Of a stretch of DNA of 64,000 nt, positions 27,851 to 41,323 are shown in pieces. A program made the position numbers and the translations under genes. Position 1 is the first letter of the stretch; each line of letters begins with the position of its first letter. The DNA is from Octopus vulgaris (lineage: Eukaryota): positions 56,420,001 through 56,484,000 of the forward strand of contig OX597819.1 of the NCBI GenBank assembly GCA_951406725.2, written 5' to 3'. The notes beneath the pieces were generated by a model that saw nothing but the letters and a program-made list of their open reading frames with translations, searched no databases and was not told where the DNA came from.

Positions 27851-28163
27851 GCATGCCCCGGTGACAACAGGCTCAATGAGAAAGAAGGAAAAATAAACAA
27901 CTATGATAATTTAAAGTGGGAAATACAAAGGTTGTAGTCAATGAGGAAAATAGACGTAATACCAATAGTAATTGCTGCACTTGGAAGGATCAGCACTCAA
28001 CTACTAAAATGGCTGAAAAAGACTGGTGCAAGTGTGAAGGTAGAACACCCACAAAATCAGTATTGCTTGGAACTGCAAGAATTCTTTGCACCTTAGTCTG
28101 CTGCCTGTGGACAGCTGACACTTTTCAGCATACCCAGCAAAATTAGCTGTGAGTTTTCATCAC
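27849..28163 (+). mobile_element. Decayed R4/Dong 3' fragment (another subfamily)
   Basis: ACPGDNRL, YDNLKWEIQRL, VIPIVIAALG, VLLGTARIL. TAA flanks. Confidence 0.78.
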
Positions 28164-28164
28164 C

Positions 28165-28176
28165 TAATAATAATAA

Positions 28177-28229
<53 letters not shown>

Positions 28230-28233
28230 ATAA

Positions 28234-28291
<58 letters not shown>

Positions 28292-28353
28292 GGTGGTAGT
28301 GGTGGTGGTGGTGGTGGTGGTGGTGGTGATGGTGGTGGTGGTGATGGTGATGG

Positions 28354-28397
<44 letters not shown>

Positions 28398-28420
28398 ATG
28401 ATGATGATGATGATAATAAT
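28165..28420. repeat. Compound triplet array TAA>TAG>TGG>TGA>TAA
   Basis: Direct observation. Confidence 0.9.
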
Positions 28421-30730
28421 GTAACAGGCTGGCGAGACATAAAGAAAGCGCGGAATGGCTAACAAAGGTGGAAAGATTACTTGAAACTGTACCAAGACAA
28501 AAGGACGTTAGAATTAATTTATATACAGTGAGACAGAAGTTTAAAAAAATCAGCAAATTGGAAAGGACCAGGCCCAGATGGAGTACAAGTCTATTGGCTG
28601 AAGAACTTTACAGAGTTGCATAGAAGGATCGCTGCACCACTGGATGACTGCCTGCAGACAAATCATGTCCATGCCTGGGTGACAAGTGGACGAACGCTGC
28701 GATGCCTGAAAAATCCCTTGAAAGGAAATTTGGCATCAAATTTTCGACTTATAACCTGTTTACCGCTAATGTGGAAGCTTATGACTGGTGTTTTACAACC
28801 ATCTGGAAAGTAACAATCTACTTCCAGAAGAGCAGAAATGATGCAGGAAACAAAGAAGAGCAACAAATTATCAATTATTAATTGATAGAATGATAATTAG
28901 AAACTGCAGACGCAGATTGATGGGATCGAATGTAGCCTGGCTAGATTACAAAAAGCATATGATATGGTAACACACAGTTGGATTAGTAAAAAAATGAGCA
29001 TGTTTGGAATAAAAACCATTGCGAAAATGCTTAATGAAAGTATGAATCATTGGAATACTGAATTGACCGGAGGAAAATAAACACTCGGAAAAGTGAACAA
29101 CAGATGTGGAATATTCCAAGATGATAGCTTATCTCCATTACTATTCGTATTGGCCATGACACCGCTCACTGTGATACTACGGAAAGTTAAAATTACATGC
29201 GATTTGGGAAAAAGAAATAGATAAATCATTTCCTATTAATGGATGATATATAGGTTTATGCGCAAAATGAGAAAGAGATTGAAAGTATTGTACATTCTAT
29301 CCGCATTTTCTCAAATGACGTAGGTATGGAATTTGGGATAGAAAAGTGCGCTATATTGAAAATGAAACGAGAAAGATTTGAAAGAAGCCGGGGAATTGAA
29401 ATACTAAATGGGCAAACAATGAGAGCGGCTGAGAAAGGACAGTGGTATAAGTACTTGGGAATATTGGAAGCAGATGAGATAAAAAAAATTAACAAATGAA
29501 ACAAATTACCAGTAGAGAATACACAAGGAGACTTAGGAAATTTTTGCAGTCAAAGGTGAATTCCAAAAATCTCATTGCAGCAATAAATTCAAGAGCCGCA
29601 CTCTTAATGAGATATGGCGATAGACTAATATACTGGTCCAGAAACGAAATAAAGAAACTTGACAGAAAAGCTGGGAAGTTGTTGAAGATGTATGAAGATC
29701 AACATCCGAAAGCTGATATCAGCCGGCTGTACTTGAAGGGAGACCAGGATGGAAGGGATTTAATAGAAGTAAAGGAATGTGTACAAATGGAAAGGCAAAG
29801 TCTAGCTGAGTATTTGCAGAACAGTACAGAACTACTAAAGGAAGTTAAGAACGAACAGATGATGAAGCGCATAATAGGAGAAAAGCACAAGAATGAAATA
29901 CAAAGAGAGCACATCACACAGATCGAAGAGAAGCCTTTGCTTGGTCAGTTTTCAAGAGCCTTTGAAGAAGCAGATAGAACAAAATCCTGAGCTTGGTTAA
30001 AAATGGGGTAACTACAAAACGTTACAGAGAACCTAATTGTAGCAGCCGAAGATCAAGCGATGAAAACAAACAAGAAAAAAAAGTATGGAGAGAACGTGTC
30101 AGAAAAATGTAGAGCCTGTGGAACTGGAACGAGAAAGTGTCACATATTTTTGCAGACTGCTCCAAGTTGCCACATGAAGAATATAAGACACGGAACCACG
30201 ATCAGGCTATAAAAGATTTATATTAGAAACTGTGCCAGAAATGGAGATTTTAAGCTGGAGTACTAGAGCGGAGAAATGTAAGGTTTTGTGGGACTTTCTT
30301 CTTCAAAGGAAACAAGAAATTAGAAAACAATAGACTAGGTATTACGATCATAGATAGAGAAAAGCGAAGTCATTTACTTATCGACTCATCATGGGTAAAC
30401 AAAGATGAAGAAACACAAAGAAAATGCAATATCCAAAATTCGAAATAGGAAGAATTTGGAGTACGCAAACAGTAAAGGTCGTGCCTATAATAATTGGTGC
30501 ATTGGGGACAGTAAACCAAAATATAGACAAATGGCTGGAGGACATTGAAAGAGAATGTCCGGTAGAGCTCCTACAGAAAGTTTGCCTCTTAGGTACAGCA
30601 AGGATTATTAGGAGGGTTCTAAGCACTTGAAAGACCACTGAAAGGTCACAAGTAGTATCCTCCTACCCACATAAGTCCTACTAGGAATGAGATCAAACCT
30701 GAACTTTGTTTCAATAACCAGAAAGAAATA
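28421..30730 (+). mobile_element. Decayed R4/Dong retrotransposon with RT and RLE remnants
   Basis: NWKGPGPDGV, NFRLITCL, WLDYKKAYDMV, GIFQDDSLSPLLF, LLMDDI, YKYLGILE, PIIIGALG, LLGTARIIRRVL. Many frameshifts. Confidence 0.88.
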
Positions 30731-30764
30731 ATAACAATAATAATTAGATAATTTGACGCAGGAC

Positions 30765-30950
30765 CTGCAATTTCAGTGGAGGTGCTAAACCGATTACGTC
30801 AACTCCAGAGTTTAAATGGAACTTATTTTATGGGTCCCGAAAGGATGAAAGGTAAAGTCGATCTTGGCGGAATTTGAACTCAAAGCTTTAAGACAGACCA
30901 AACGCTACTAACCATTTGCCCTGCGTACTAACGATTCTGTCAGCTCACCT
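30765..30950 (-). mobile_element. SINE family 2 copy
   Basis: cccgaaaggatgaaaggtaaagtcgatcttggcggaatttgaactc is the reverse complement of the family 2 core. Confidence 0.75.
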
Positions 30951-31087
30951 ATGAAACTAGTATTTTCGTAAACTTCGGTATCATTGTAATTCATGAACAC
31001 GTTTATACATGTTCTTTGAGATGTACTTAATTCTTATTTGTAGGAAGGAAACGCTTGATGTAGTTCTCAAACCATGAAAAATGCAAG

Positions 31088-31210
<123 letters not shown>

Positions 31211-32466
31211 TGCTTAGTTTCCACATTTTTATCGATAGTAATAATATCTATTATCGTCACTTAGCGAGAAGCCTTTCTATTGAGATGGAAACCTATATTT
31301 CAAAGTATCAAACGTATGATTAATATGAACCTCTTAAAAAAGAAGTAATATTAAATAGGCTTAGGAATATAACAAAGCATAAAATATTTTCTCTAAATAA
31401 AATTGCGCTTAGATGTAATACAAAAGCTAGTAGCACACACGATGAAAGCGAAACGCCAAGAGAAAAAGAGATTGAAACAGAGAAAATAAGTAAAGGAAAT
31501 CATAAAAGAAAGGCTTCAATTTATAACCAGAGAAGAATCGCAAAACAAACACGTTTGTAGCTATTATGATATGAAATCTGCAATGAAGCAAAATATGAAA
31601 AATATAACTAAAGTCAAACATAAGCGGAAAGCAAAAACTGGCTAACAAGCAGAATTAGAAAGTGTTTATAATACTGTACAAAATTAAACCTTAACACTGA
31701 GAAAATACACGAGTAAGATGTTCCGTCCAGAAAATCTCCACATCACCACTCCTCCTACTAGAAATAATAAGTTAGCCTCAGATTACACGCTAGAGTCTAG
31801 GGAAAGAGAAGGACATACTGGATGATGTCACACTGTGAGATTCGTTTGTTTCTTTTTAATGATATTTGAATTAAGACCAATTATTTACTGTTTTATGTTC
31901 TTTTCTGTTGGAGTTTTTCTCTTCCTCTAGAAACTTTTGTTCATCGTTTTTAAATTCTGAATAAATTTTACCTCTTTTCAGTTATATGATGAAAAAGAAG
32001 AGCAAAAAGAAATTAGAAGATAAAACCAACGAATCTGTTTGAAAATCCAATATATTTCTCGATAGGCTTGAAAAGACGGGATTGGATTTCCCTGGTTAGA
32101 ATGCGTTTGATCATATGTCTGCACTATTAGGACTGACGTGCGGACATGCACCATAGACATCCTAGGGATGTAGAAAAAGTAACTGCATTTCACTTTCAAA
32201 AGTTTATAGGATCTGAAAGATCGAAGAGTACTGAATCAAAATATCAAACAAATTTCGTAACAATAGTAAAAATGTGGACGAGGTATAGCAGCAGATGCAA
32301 ACTATATATTAAGAAGAATATGAAAATATTCACATATTAGGCATTTGTTCTTAATATAAGGAAGGGAATCGCTTGTCTGTACGCAAAATCCTACAAACAC
32401 ATCCCTGATTAAACCCATTCACATTTCACGATTCCAGGCAGTGACATGAATAATAGTAATAATAAG

Positions 32467-32806
32467 GGTAAAGAGCCCCTTCGGTCATGAATGACCATGG
32501 GATTGCACCTAGAAAGTTACCCTCCTAGACACAAGTCTGGGCAAGGTTGTTTATGGAAGACCAGCAGTCGCCCATGCATACCAGCCTCCCCTCTCAACGC
32601 CACCAGTGTTATCCAAGGGAAAGACAAAGGTCGATACAGCTTGGCACCAGTGACGTCGCAACTCATTTCTACAGCTGAGTGAACTGGAGCAACGTGAAAT
32701 AAAGTGCCTTGCTCGAGAACACAACACGCAGCCCGGTCCGGGATTCGAGCTCACAACCTCACGATCGTAAGCTCGACGCTCTAACCACTGAGCCATGCGC
32801 CTTCAC
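32467..32806 (-). mobile_element. tRNA-derived SINE family 3, full length, in a TAA-rich site
   Basis: Minus strand ggcgcaTGGCTCAGTGGttagagcg...gagcTCGAATCCc gives clear A and B boxes. 3' hairpin ggtca-ttca-tgacc. Confidence 0.88.
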
Positions 32807-32861
32807 ATAATAGTAATAATAATAGCATCGAAAAATACCTTAAGTTCGAAAATTCCCCAAG

Positions 32862-32898
32862 ACACCTGATGAAGGATATAGCAGCCGAAACGTTGTAC
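32862..32898 (+). ncRNA. Degenerate minimal hammerhead-like motif (PLE pLTR remnant)
   Basis: acac-CTGATGA-agg..cc-GAAA-cg-tt-gt. Stem I is reduced to 2 bp. Confidence 0.5.
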
Positions 32899-32938
32899 AT
32901 AATTCCTCATCTCTTAAATATAGAACTGTGTGGAAAGA

Positions 32939-33165
32939 GGCTTGTGAGTTCTACTATAGCCTCGGTGTGTGTGTCTTTGTGTCTGTGTTTCTCATACAAC
33001 CGGTGTTGGTGTGTTTACATCGCCGTTCCTTAACGGTTCTGCAAAAGAACCAATAGAATAAATATTAGGCTTAAGAAATAAGACAAATAAAGCCCTTCAA
33101 GTTGCTTCTCCAGCATGGCCGCATTCAAATGAGTAAAACAAGTAAAAGAAAAAAGAATAAAAGAA
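32939..33165 (+). mobile_element. SINE family 1, rearranged 3' part
   Basis: caaccggtgttggtgtgtttacat...ccagcatggccgcattcaaatgagtaaaacaagtaaaaga. Confidence 0.7.
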
Positions 33166-33341
33166 TCTATACACATACACACACACATACATACATACAT
33201 ACATACATACATACATACACACATCCACTATCCCCCCACACATATATATATAGGGAAGCGAACTATATATGTGAATATATATGCGGCTATATATGTGAAT
33301 TTTTGCAAGCATATATGTTTGTGCATGTGTGTGTGTTTTGC

Positions 33342-33394
<53 letters not shown>

Positions 33395-33479
33395 TATTCA
33401 CATACATACATGCATACATACATACATACAGACATACAGATAGATAGATAGATAGATAGATAGCTAGATAGATAGATAG

Positions 33480-33589
<110 letters not shown>

Positions 33590-33948
33590 TTAGACAGATA
33601 GATAGATATATAATTAGATTGATAGATGGATATATCTGTACGCAATATCATTTTGGGATATATATATATTTGACTGTGATCATATTTCCGTCGATATTCG
33701 CAAATATTCTTTACCCGTAAAAACTGTCATGCATCAATTGTTACGTTATTCTGATCAACCAAGCAGAACACTGGACTGTTTTCGAATGTTTTCTTTCAGA
33801 ATAAAAGTACCGAGCTTATTTGTATTCTTTAGTATTGTTTGAAGAATAGAAGGCTTCAAAAGCATCGGTAAATTGTTAGCTATTTACTATAAATTAACTA
33901 TATATCTGTCTGTCTTTACACACACATACATGCGCAAACACATATAAT

Positions 33949-34089
<141 letters not shown>

Positions 34090-34091
34090 AA

Positions 34092-34316
34092 GGCGGCGAG
34101 CTGGCAGAAACGTTAGCGCACCGGGCGAAATGCTTAGCGATATTTCGTCTGTCGCTACGTTCTGAGTTCAAATTCCGCCGAGGTCGACTTTGCCTTTCAT
34201 CCTCTCGGGGTCGATAAATAAAGTACCAGTTTCGCACTGGGTCGATGTAATCGACTTAATCCCTTTGTCTGTCCCTGTTTGTCCCCTCTATGTTTAGCCC
34301 CTTGTGGGTAGTAAAG

Positions 34317-34320
<4 letters not shown>
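34092..34320 (+). mobile_element. SINE family 2 (tRNA-like head + conserved Nin/Meta-type core), best-preserved copy
   Basis: ggcggcgagcTGGCAGAAAcg...gaGTTCAAATTCC; core gcctttcatcctctcggggtcgataaataaagtaccag. At least 7 copies in the window. Confidence 0.85.
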
Positions 34321-34377
<57 letters not shown>

Positions 34378-35451
34378 TGTGTGTGTGTGCGTATCAACAT
34401 ACATGTATGTAGCAGTTGTATGTAAGTACTTATATATGTATATATGCATGTGTATATATATATATATGATACTCATAACGATTGCATATGAGAAAACCAT
34501 TCCAATATGATTAAGTATTTTAATTTACGGCTAAGCGTTTGGGGATGAAACCACAATGCGTAGCACCTCCGATGAACGAGTGGCTTTCTCAAGATGTAAT
34601 TTTTAAATTCAATTAAACCTGTGTAAATAGAACATTGTAGGTAGTAACTTTGATTAATACAATTTGTATGGATCGTTCTTATTTTGATGTTACACACCTA
34701 ATCCGTGTCCCGTTTCAAAATTGTATGTTTTTACTCTGTCAAAAGAATTTAGTTTATGTCTCTTCCCTGAAGACACCTGCAGCCCTTCCGCCTATCTGTT
34801 TAAGAGGTCCTGAGAAACTTTATGGATGCCACACTTGCACTTCTGTGTAGGAAGCAAATAATTTAAAATTGTTTGCATGTTTTATTGCCTTATCTAATTT
34901 TGTTCTGCAAAAGCTGGTGGTTTTCACATCTTCATTTTTATGAAATTTGAAATCGCTGATACGTTGACACAGTCAATTATGCAAGAGACTATCAATAAAC
35001 TGTTAATGGATGCTGGTGATTTTTCTGAGAGTATCATATAACTTACTAATATATAGTTAGGAGACAAATCACCATCGTATGAATGCTTTAATTATACCCC
35101 TTTCAGTTAGGAGGCAAGGTTTTATAATTCAGAAATTGCTTATCGACTATCTCGCTGTAAACGGTGCAAACAAGGATATTATGCCGATTGGCAGATATAA
35201 GCAACATCAGTAAACATTTTGTTCGCTGAAAGTATAACCTGGCAATCTGATCGGTTAGACTCAAAGGTCCGGGGTACTTCTAGAGGATGAGACACATTAT
35301 GTGGACACACCGATGCTCCAGAATTTTCTGCGCCGAGTGTGTTGAACACGCAAACATCATGAAAGAGGTTTTCTCCATTACAGCGACTAGCATATTTTTT
35401 TTGTTGTTTAAACGTATTTAGACTATATTTATGCCAATATGTCTTAACGTA

Positions 35452-37745
35452 TTAGTTAGTTAGTTAATTTGGCTCAAAAGCAAATAACAAGGCCATGTAG
35501 GGGGACATGGAGTTAAGTACAGGGTGGTGTTCATGTAAAGAGTTCAGGCCACTTGAGGTCAAGGGAGGCTTTGAACAAAGCGGTCGTCGGCATCTTCACC
35601 ATCTCGTCTGGCAGCTTGTTCCACGGATCCGCAACCCGGACGGAGAAAGCTCCTCTCCTTCGATTGAGATGAAATCGTCGCAGGTAGAGCTTTTCGGAAT
35701 GACCCCGCAGCCAACGCTCTGGAGCAGGAGTGAAGAACAGCTCTTTCGAGAGGTTACACTTTCCGCTTATGATGTTGTGGGCGAGAATGAGATCACCACG
35801 GCGGCGGCGTTTTTCAAGAGAATAAAGGTCGAGCGTCCTCAGCCTTTCTTCGTAGGACAAATTTTTGAGACCATGAACCATGCGGGTAGCCAGCTTCTGG
35901 ACTCTTTCGAGATGCTGTATGTCTTTGAGGAGATAAGGAGAAGAGGCTTGAATCCCATACTCCAATATGGGTCTCACCAGCGTGACATAGAGTGGTAGGA
36001 ATATGGCTGCTGTGAGCATTCCGAATGACCGTCGAATCAAGAACAGAATTCCGCGTGCTTTGTTGGCAGCATGGACGCACTGGGCCGAAGGCGAAAAGGA
36101 GGAATCCACCAAGATACCTAGGTCCTTTACCTGATCGGTCCTCTCCAGCAGCAGACGACCCGGCTCGAAATCAAGTTGAGTTGCAGGAGTAGAGCCGACA
36201 GGCAGATGACAGCACTTTGACACGTTCAGACACAGGTCCCAATTGTTAGACCACTTCCAAATTTGGTGGAGGCATCGACGAAGATCCTCTATATTACCGC
36301 GAGGAGCGACCAGTTTGATATCGTCGGCAAATAGAAGGGTGTGTTGCGTGAGGTCGTCGGGCAAGTCATTTATGAAGACTAAGAACAACAAGGGCCCAAG
36401 CACTGAACCTTGAGGCACGCCACTGCTCGCACTGGAGACGTCGGACCGCGAACCATTAACTTGGACTTGGAAGGAGCGATCTGAGAGGAAGGCACCAACC
36501 CATCGTACAATATCCGGATGGAAACTATATGCTTGAAGCTTGACAAGCAATAGGCGGTGGTTTACCGAGTCAAAAGCTTTGGCAAAGTCCAGTAAAACGA
36601 TGTCAACAGCATCACTATCATCGAGGATGCGCGTCACCAATTCTTCCATTACTAGTAGGTTGGTCAAGCATGATCTCTTCGGCACGAAGCCGTGTTGGGA
36701 ATCAGAGATAGAGGCTGTGTTTAGGAGGTGGAGCATCATACTTTTCTTAAGGATGGTTTCGAACATCTTGCTGATAATTGATGTAAGGGAAACCGGTCGG
36801 TAGTTAAGCGGGTCTTCGCGGCTCCCTTTCTTGAAAATTGGGCAGATTATCGCTGTTCTCCAGTCTGCAGGTATAACACCCGTCGCCAATGACATATTGA
36901 ATAGTCGTGTTAAGGGCTCGCAGATGGCCGGAGCCAACGCTTTGATAACCCGTGGGTGTATGCCGTCAGGGCCGTGACCTTTGTTGACATCGAGGCCTTG
37001 AATAACACGTTTGACTTCGTCCCGCGTGATGACCAATCGAAGCATTGGAGGTACCGATCTATCAAATGGAGGGGGTTCACGACCATCATCTTGTTTGAAA
37101 ATAGTTGAAAAAGCCTCGGCAAATAATTGACTCTGTTGATAAGGGTCCTCAATCGATACGCCTGTTGAGTCTACCAACGTTGCAATCTGGTTGTTCAAGC
37201 GGGAATTCCGCTGGACATGGGCAAAGAAGGTTTTTGGATTGCTACTGGCATTTGCCGCGATTTTGTATTCGTAACTGAAGCGTTCTTTCTTTTCAATTTT
37301 CACGGCTCGGTCTCGTTGAGTTTTGTACACCTCAAAAGCTGCAGTCGAATCCAGATTTTTGAATTCAGCCCAAGCAATATCTCTGAGTCGACGTTCTCGT
37401 TTAACCTTCTTCGTCACCCAGGGCTTGTGTTTCTTCCTCTTGGGAAGCCCAACGGGAACTGCCTGGTCAGTCAAACAGATTACATATGCTTTGAGGGATG
37501 ACCATAGTTCGTCAACTGAGGACAATGTCATCAGGGATCGCCAGTCCAGAAGCGCGGAAGCCTCGGTTAGAATTTCAAGATTAATTGCAGAGAAGACTCT
37601 ACGTGGCAGCGAAGTAGTCGTGGGCGTAGAAAAAGTTGTGTGCATGACGAACTTCAGGACCGCATGATCACTCTTGGCAAGAGGGGCGCACACAGATACG
37701 TCTGACACTGATCTTGGATAGCGGGAGAATACCAGATCTAGCATA
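35452..37745 (-). mobile_element. 5'-truncated CR1-clade LINE, young
   Basis: Intact ORF, short 3' UTR with ccatgt/acatgg stem-loop, (CTAA)n tail. Confidence 0.93.
35531..37744 (-). CDS. CR1-like ORF2 fragment: end of the APE domain + reverse transcriptase (737 aa, uninterrupted)
   Basis: LDLVFS..SDH (APE end), GPDGIHP, NYRPVSLTS, QHGF, DFAKAFD, GVPQGSVLGP, FADD, KDLG, LERVQ, LYSLEKRRRRGDLI. Confidence 0.93.
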   Translation of the reverse strand: MLDLVFSRYPRSVSDVSVCAPLAKSDHAVLKFVMHTTFSTPTTTSLPRRVFSAINLEILTEASALLDWRSLMTLSSVDELWSSLKAYVICLTDQAVPVGLPKRKKHKPWVTKKVKRERRLRDIAWAEFKNLDSTAAFEVYKTQRDRAVKIEKKERFSYEYKIAANASSNPKTFFAHVQRNSRLNNQIATLVDSTGVSIEDPYQQSQLFAEAFSTIFKQDDGREPPPFDRSVPPMLRLVITRDEVKRVIQGLDVNKGHGPDGIHPRVIKALAPAICEPLTRLFNMSLATGVIPADWRTAIICPIFKKGSREDPLNYRPVSLTSIISKMFETILKKSMMLHLLNTASISDSQHGFVPKRSCLTNLLVMEELVTRILDDSDAVDIVLLDFAKAFDSVNHRLLLVKLQAYSFHPDIVRWVGAFLSDRSFQVQVNGSRSDVSSASSGVPQGSVLGPLLFLVFINDLPDDLTQHTLLFADDIKLVAPRGNIEDLRRCLHQIWKWSNNWDLCLNVSKCCHLPVGSTPATQLDFEPGRLLLERTDQVKDLGILVDSSFSPSAQCVHAANKARGILFLIRRSFGMLTAAIFLPLYVTLVRPILEYGIQASSPYLLKDIQHLERVQKLATRMVHGLKNLSYEERLRTLDLYSLEKRRRRGDLILAHNIISGKCNLSKELFFTPAPERWLRGHSEKLYLRRFHLNRRRGAFSVRVADPWNKLPDEMVKMPTTALFKASLDLKWPELFT

Positions 37746-38798
37746 GATTAAGAATATATATGCTAATATTCGTACACGGTGTATATGGATTATTTTTCTT
37801 CGTTTACTTGCAAAATTTTCCCTGGCTAAATTTTAATGGGTGTTGACACATGTTACTTTTTGTCCAGCTGGTTGAGTATCTATCGCAGCAAATAATATTT
37901 TACAGACTGAGAGTATTCTGAGACTTTCACTTTGAAACAGTGCTGGTTAGTCGATTATGCCATATACGTAAATGTAGTCTACACAACACAATTAGAGTGG
38001 TAGTTATTTGTTTTCACATCAGCTGTGTCTTGGTACCGCATTCAGATATTCTGCGGTATTGTTAAGTTAGACTTTATCAATTACTATGAGTACATGTTTC
38101 ATGATACTCCGTGTTTATAAAGTACATAAAATCAGCTCTACTCGACTTGCTAAAAGATTAGTGTTACTTTCTGTTAGTGAAAACGTTTCACGAAATTTGC
38201 CGTTGTAATTTCTTGGTTCGATTGCCTTCCTCACGCTCAATTTGTTCAATACTGTAATTATTCGCATTGTAAGACTGCCATGCCATCCACTGTCCTGTTT
38301 CACTAGTTTAAACCAAAACACCGACAAAAATATACATGTAAATTCATGTTCTCTCAGATGGATTAAGAAAGAAATTTCTCTCTAAGATTTCTTGCTCCAC
38401 CAAACCTACTTAATTTAAAATCGTTGTATGCTGATAGTATGATATTTGTGCCTATTTTGGCAAATTAAAAGGCTATTAGGTGAAGGTCTTGGCTTACTAA
38501 AGATTATATTATACTGATTGCCATTGAACTGGATATCTCTGTATTTATGTTCAACTTTATTGAAGTGGTGTCATTCCATACATTTAAATGTAGAGACACG
38601 TTTAATTATTAGCGTTTACTCTATCTTCGGTATTTTTACAATACCCTCACCCAGATAGTTTAAAATCATGAAACAGTATTTGTGGGTTTTCAGTGTGAAG
38701 AAAATAATTGATGTTACAACTTCTTGTTATAATTTTTGATTCTGCATTGATTCATTCTATAAACTGCTATTGATTTTTTTATGTAGGAATTACAATTT

Positions 38799-39137
38799 TA
38801 CTCTTTTACTTGTCCAGTCATTTGACGGCGGCCATGCTGTATCGGTCTCTTTTACCGAACCGCTAAGTGACGGGGACATAAACATACCAGCATTGGTTAT
38901 CAAGCAATGCTAGGGGGACAAACACAGACGCACGAACATACACACACACACACATATATATATATACATATATACAACGGGCTTCTTTCAGTTTCCGTCT
39001 ACCAAATCCACTCACAAGGCTTTGGTCGGCCCAAGGCTATAGTAGAAGAGACTCGCCCAAGGTGTCACACAGTGGGACTGAACTCGGAACCATGTGGTTG
39101 GTAAGCAAGCTACTTACCACACAGCCACTCTTGCGCC
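38799..39137 (-). mobile_element. SINE family 1 copy (internal deletion)
   Basis: Homologous to 23132-23569. Confidence 0.85.
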
Positions 39138-39675
39138 TACATTCGTTACTTATTACGATGGACTTTGATTTGTCTTGTTTAGTCTCTGAATATGAGTAGT
39201 CGTTTGGTAGATACTATTACGTATGTAGAAAATCATTGTCTTTTGTTTTTAAAAGCAATATTCATAATTACTCCCTGTATGATATTTTCTAATGCATATA
39301 GATCCTTATTATGAGGTGAGAATTTTCAGAGTCTGAATCCAAGAACATATTCCCTGACATGGTTTCTTTATGTTTTCTAGCAAGCAAACCGTTTTACCTG
39401 TAAATGTACCAGCAGATACATTTTACCTGTAAATATATTCAAGTAGACTTTGGCGGTTAGAACTGGAATATCTTGGAATAGTTCATATCTATTCCTTTAA
39501 TTCGTTGCAGAATTCAACGTTTCCCTCTGCAGTTCATGAACGATTGTATGCTTTTTTATGCTTAATTTGCATTACAAAACATGTCCTCAATACAAACCTG
39601 AGTACTGTGACTATTATATACATAGGCGAGGCGAATGTTGATTAAGCTATTTTTATGTTCATATATATATATATG

Positions 39676-39986
39676 TCCAATATAAAATGCACTACGTGGG
39701 AGTGCACTGTCCGAATACTGTGCTAAAATTCTCCGATGAATTTCAGCACCTGACACACCTCCGACCAGAGAAATCGAATCACTGCGCTTTGTTCTTCTTT
39801 GGTGCACATTGCTAGCGGAGCGGTCGTGTGAACACTGTAAAGCTAGAAAGGAAAAATGTGTGATCAGGCTCAAACTTCGATCACGTGGCCACAACAGTAC
39901 CAACTATAAGCACGCATGCGCAGAAGGCAGTGTGACAATAATAAAGATATGTTATGGCAAAAGTGCAGATAATTTTTGACTTCTCG
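39676..39986 (-). mobile_element. 5' end of a mariner element (TIR + transposase N-terminus)
   Basis: TA-CGAG terminus. Frameshifted CTKEEQSAVIRFLWSE/GVSGAEIHRRILAQY, a typical mariner HTH. Confidence 0.78.
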
Positions 39987-40271
39987 TATACAGACAGACA
40001 GACAGACACACGCACACACACACACACACACACATATATACATACAGACATACAGAAGATAGGAGTTTAGGCCAAGGTGTGGGTTCCGATTGCTCGAATA
40101 TTCCAATATCCCATAGTCCTGCCTTCCTCACTACTTTAACCGGGTCACTGCCACATTGATATTCTTCCCTGTGTTTGTGAAATTATTGTATCTCTGCCGT
40201 AAGGCTTCATTTCCACAAACGCCAGCTGAATTCAATTCGTCCCCAGGCGAAAGACACCTGTTGTTATGTCC

Positions 40272-40327
<56 letters not shown>

Positions 40328-40649
40328 GTATTTTGTATTTACATTTGTGTAAAAATCGTCTGTTTTTTCGACGATTTCTTCCAAGGAATCTAATGCTCTT
40401 AGCTTAGTTTTTCCTTGGGGCTGGCCAGATTGGAGCAATCTCAAGATTAATCAGCCGAATTTGCGCGGACGATCCGGTTCTTGACTGAGGATAGAAAGCT
40501 TCGAATGACCCGTCCTTGATTTATTTTGTATCGTCTACCTGGATGTTTTGTTGTCCCTTTTTGTATCACCTAGTTGTCCGGATGTTTTGCGTTCTTGTCC
40601 CATTTTGTATTATATATATATATATAGTGGCGTACGTACACTTTGTTCT

Positions 40650-40696
<47 letters not shown>

Positions 40697-41262
40697 TTGT
40701 GTGTGTGTGTGCATGTGTGAGTGTGTATGAATATGTGCGAGTGTGTGTATGCATATATATGTATATATGCGTATATTTATGTATACGTACACACATATAG
40801 AAATATATGTATGCATGTCTCTAGTATTGCACACACACATACACACACTTTCACACACACGCACGTACGCACATATACACAATATGCGTTTCTAAAATTC
40901 CATTTCTCGTGTTTAGTTTCTGAATTTAACGTTTCGGATACTTTCACTTCATCCGAGAGAGAGAAAGAGAGGGTGAGCAAGAGGGAGATGGAGAGAGATA
41001 GAGTATGTGTGTATGAGAGAGAGAGTGAGAGAAAGAGAGAGTGAGAGAGAGAGAGAGAGAGAGAATTGTGAGTAGGTAGTTAGAGTGATAGATTTATAGA
41101 TAAAAAATGGGAATAGAGAATGTATTATTGTCTTGATCCACGATTATGATTATGCATTCAATATTATACAAGCTAAATTCTCGCGTTTAATGTAGATTTC
41201 TGATCATCGAATTACATAAGTGACACCAGCTGCCACTATAGACAAAAGTATTTACACGCACA

Positions 41263-41323
<61 letters not shown>

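Noticed and set aside
32720-32801. Functional tRNA gene
   Set aside because: The A/B boxes continue into a SINE body with no acceptor-stem closure or poly-T terminator.
40484-40520. CTGAGGA...GAAT...GTC hammerhead-like motif
   Set aside because: GAAT replaces GAAA and no stem I pairing is visible. At best a very decayed repeat.
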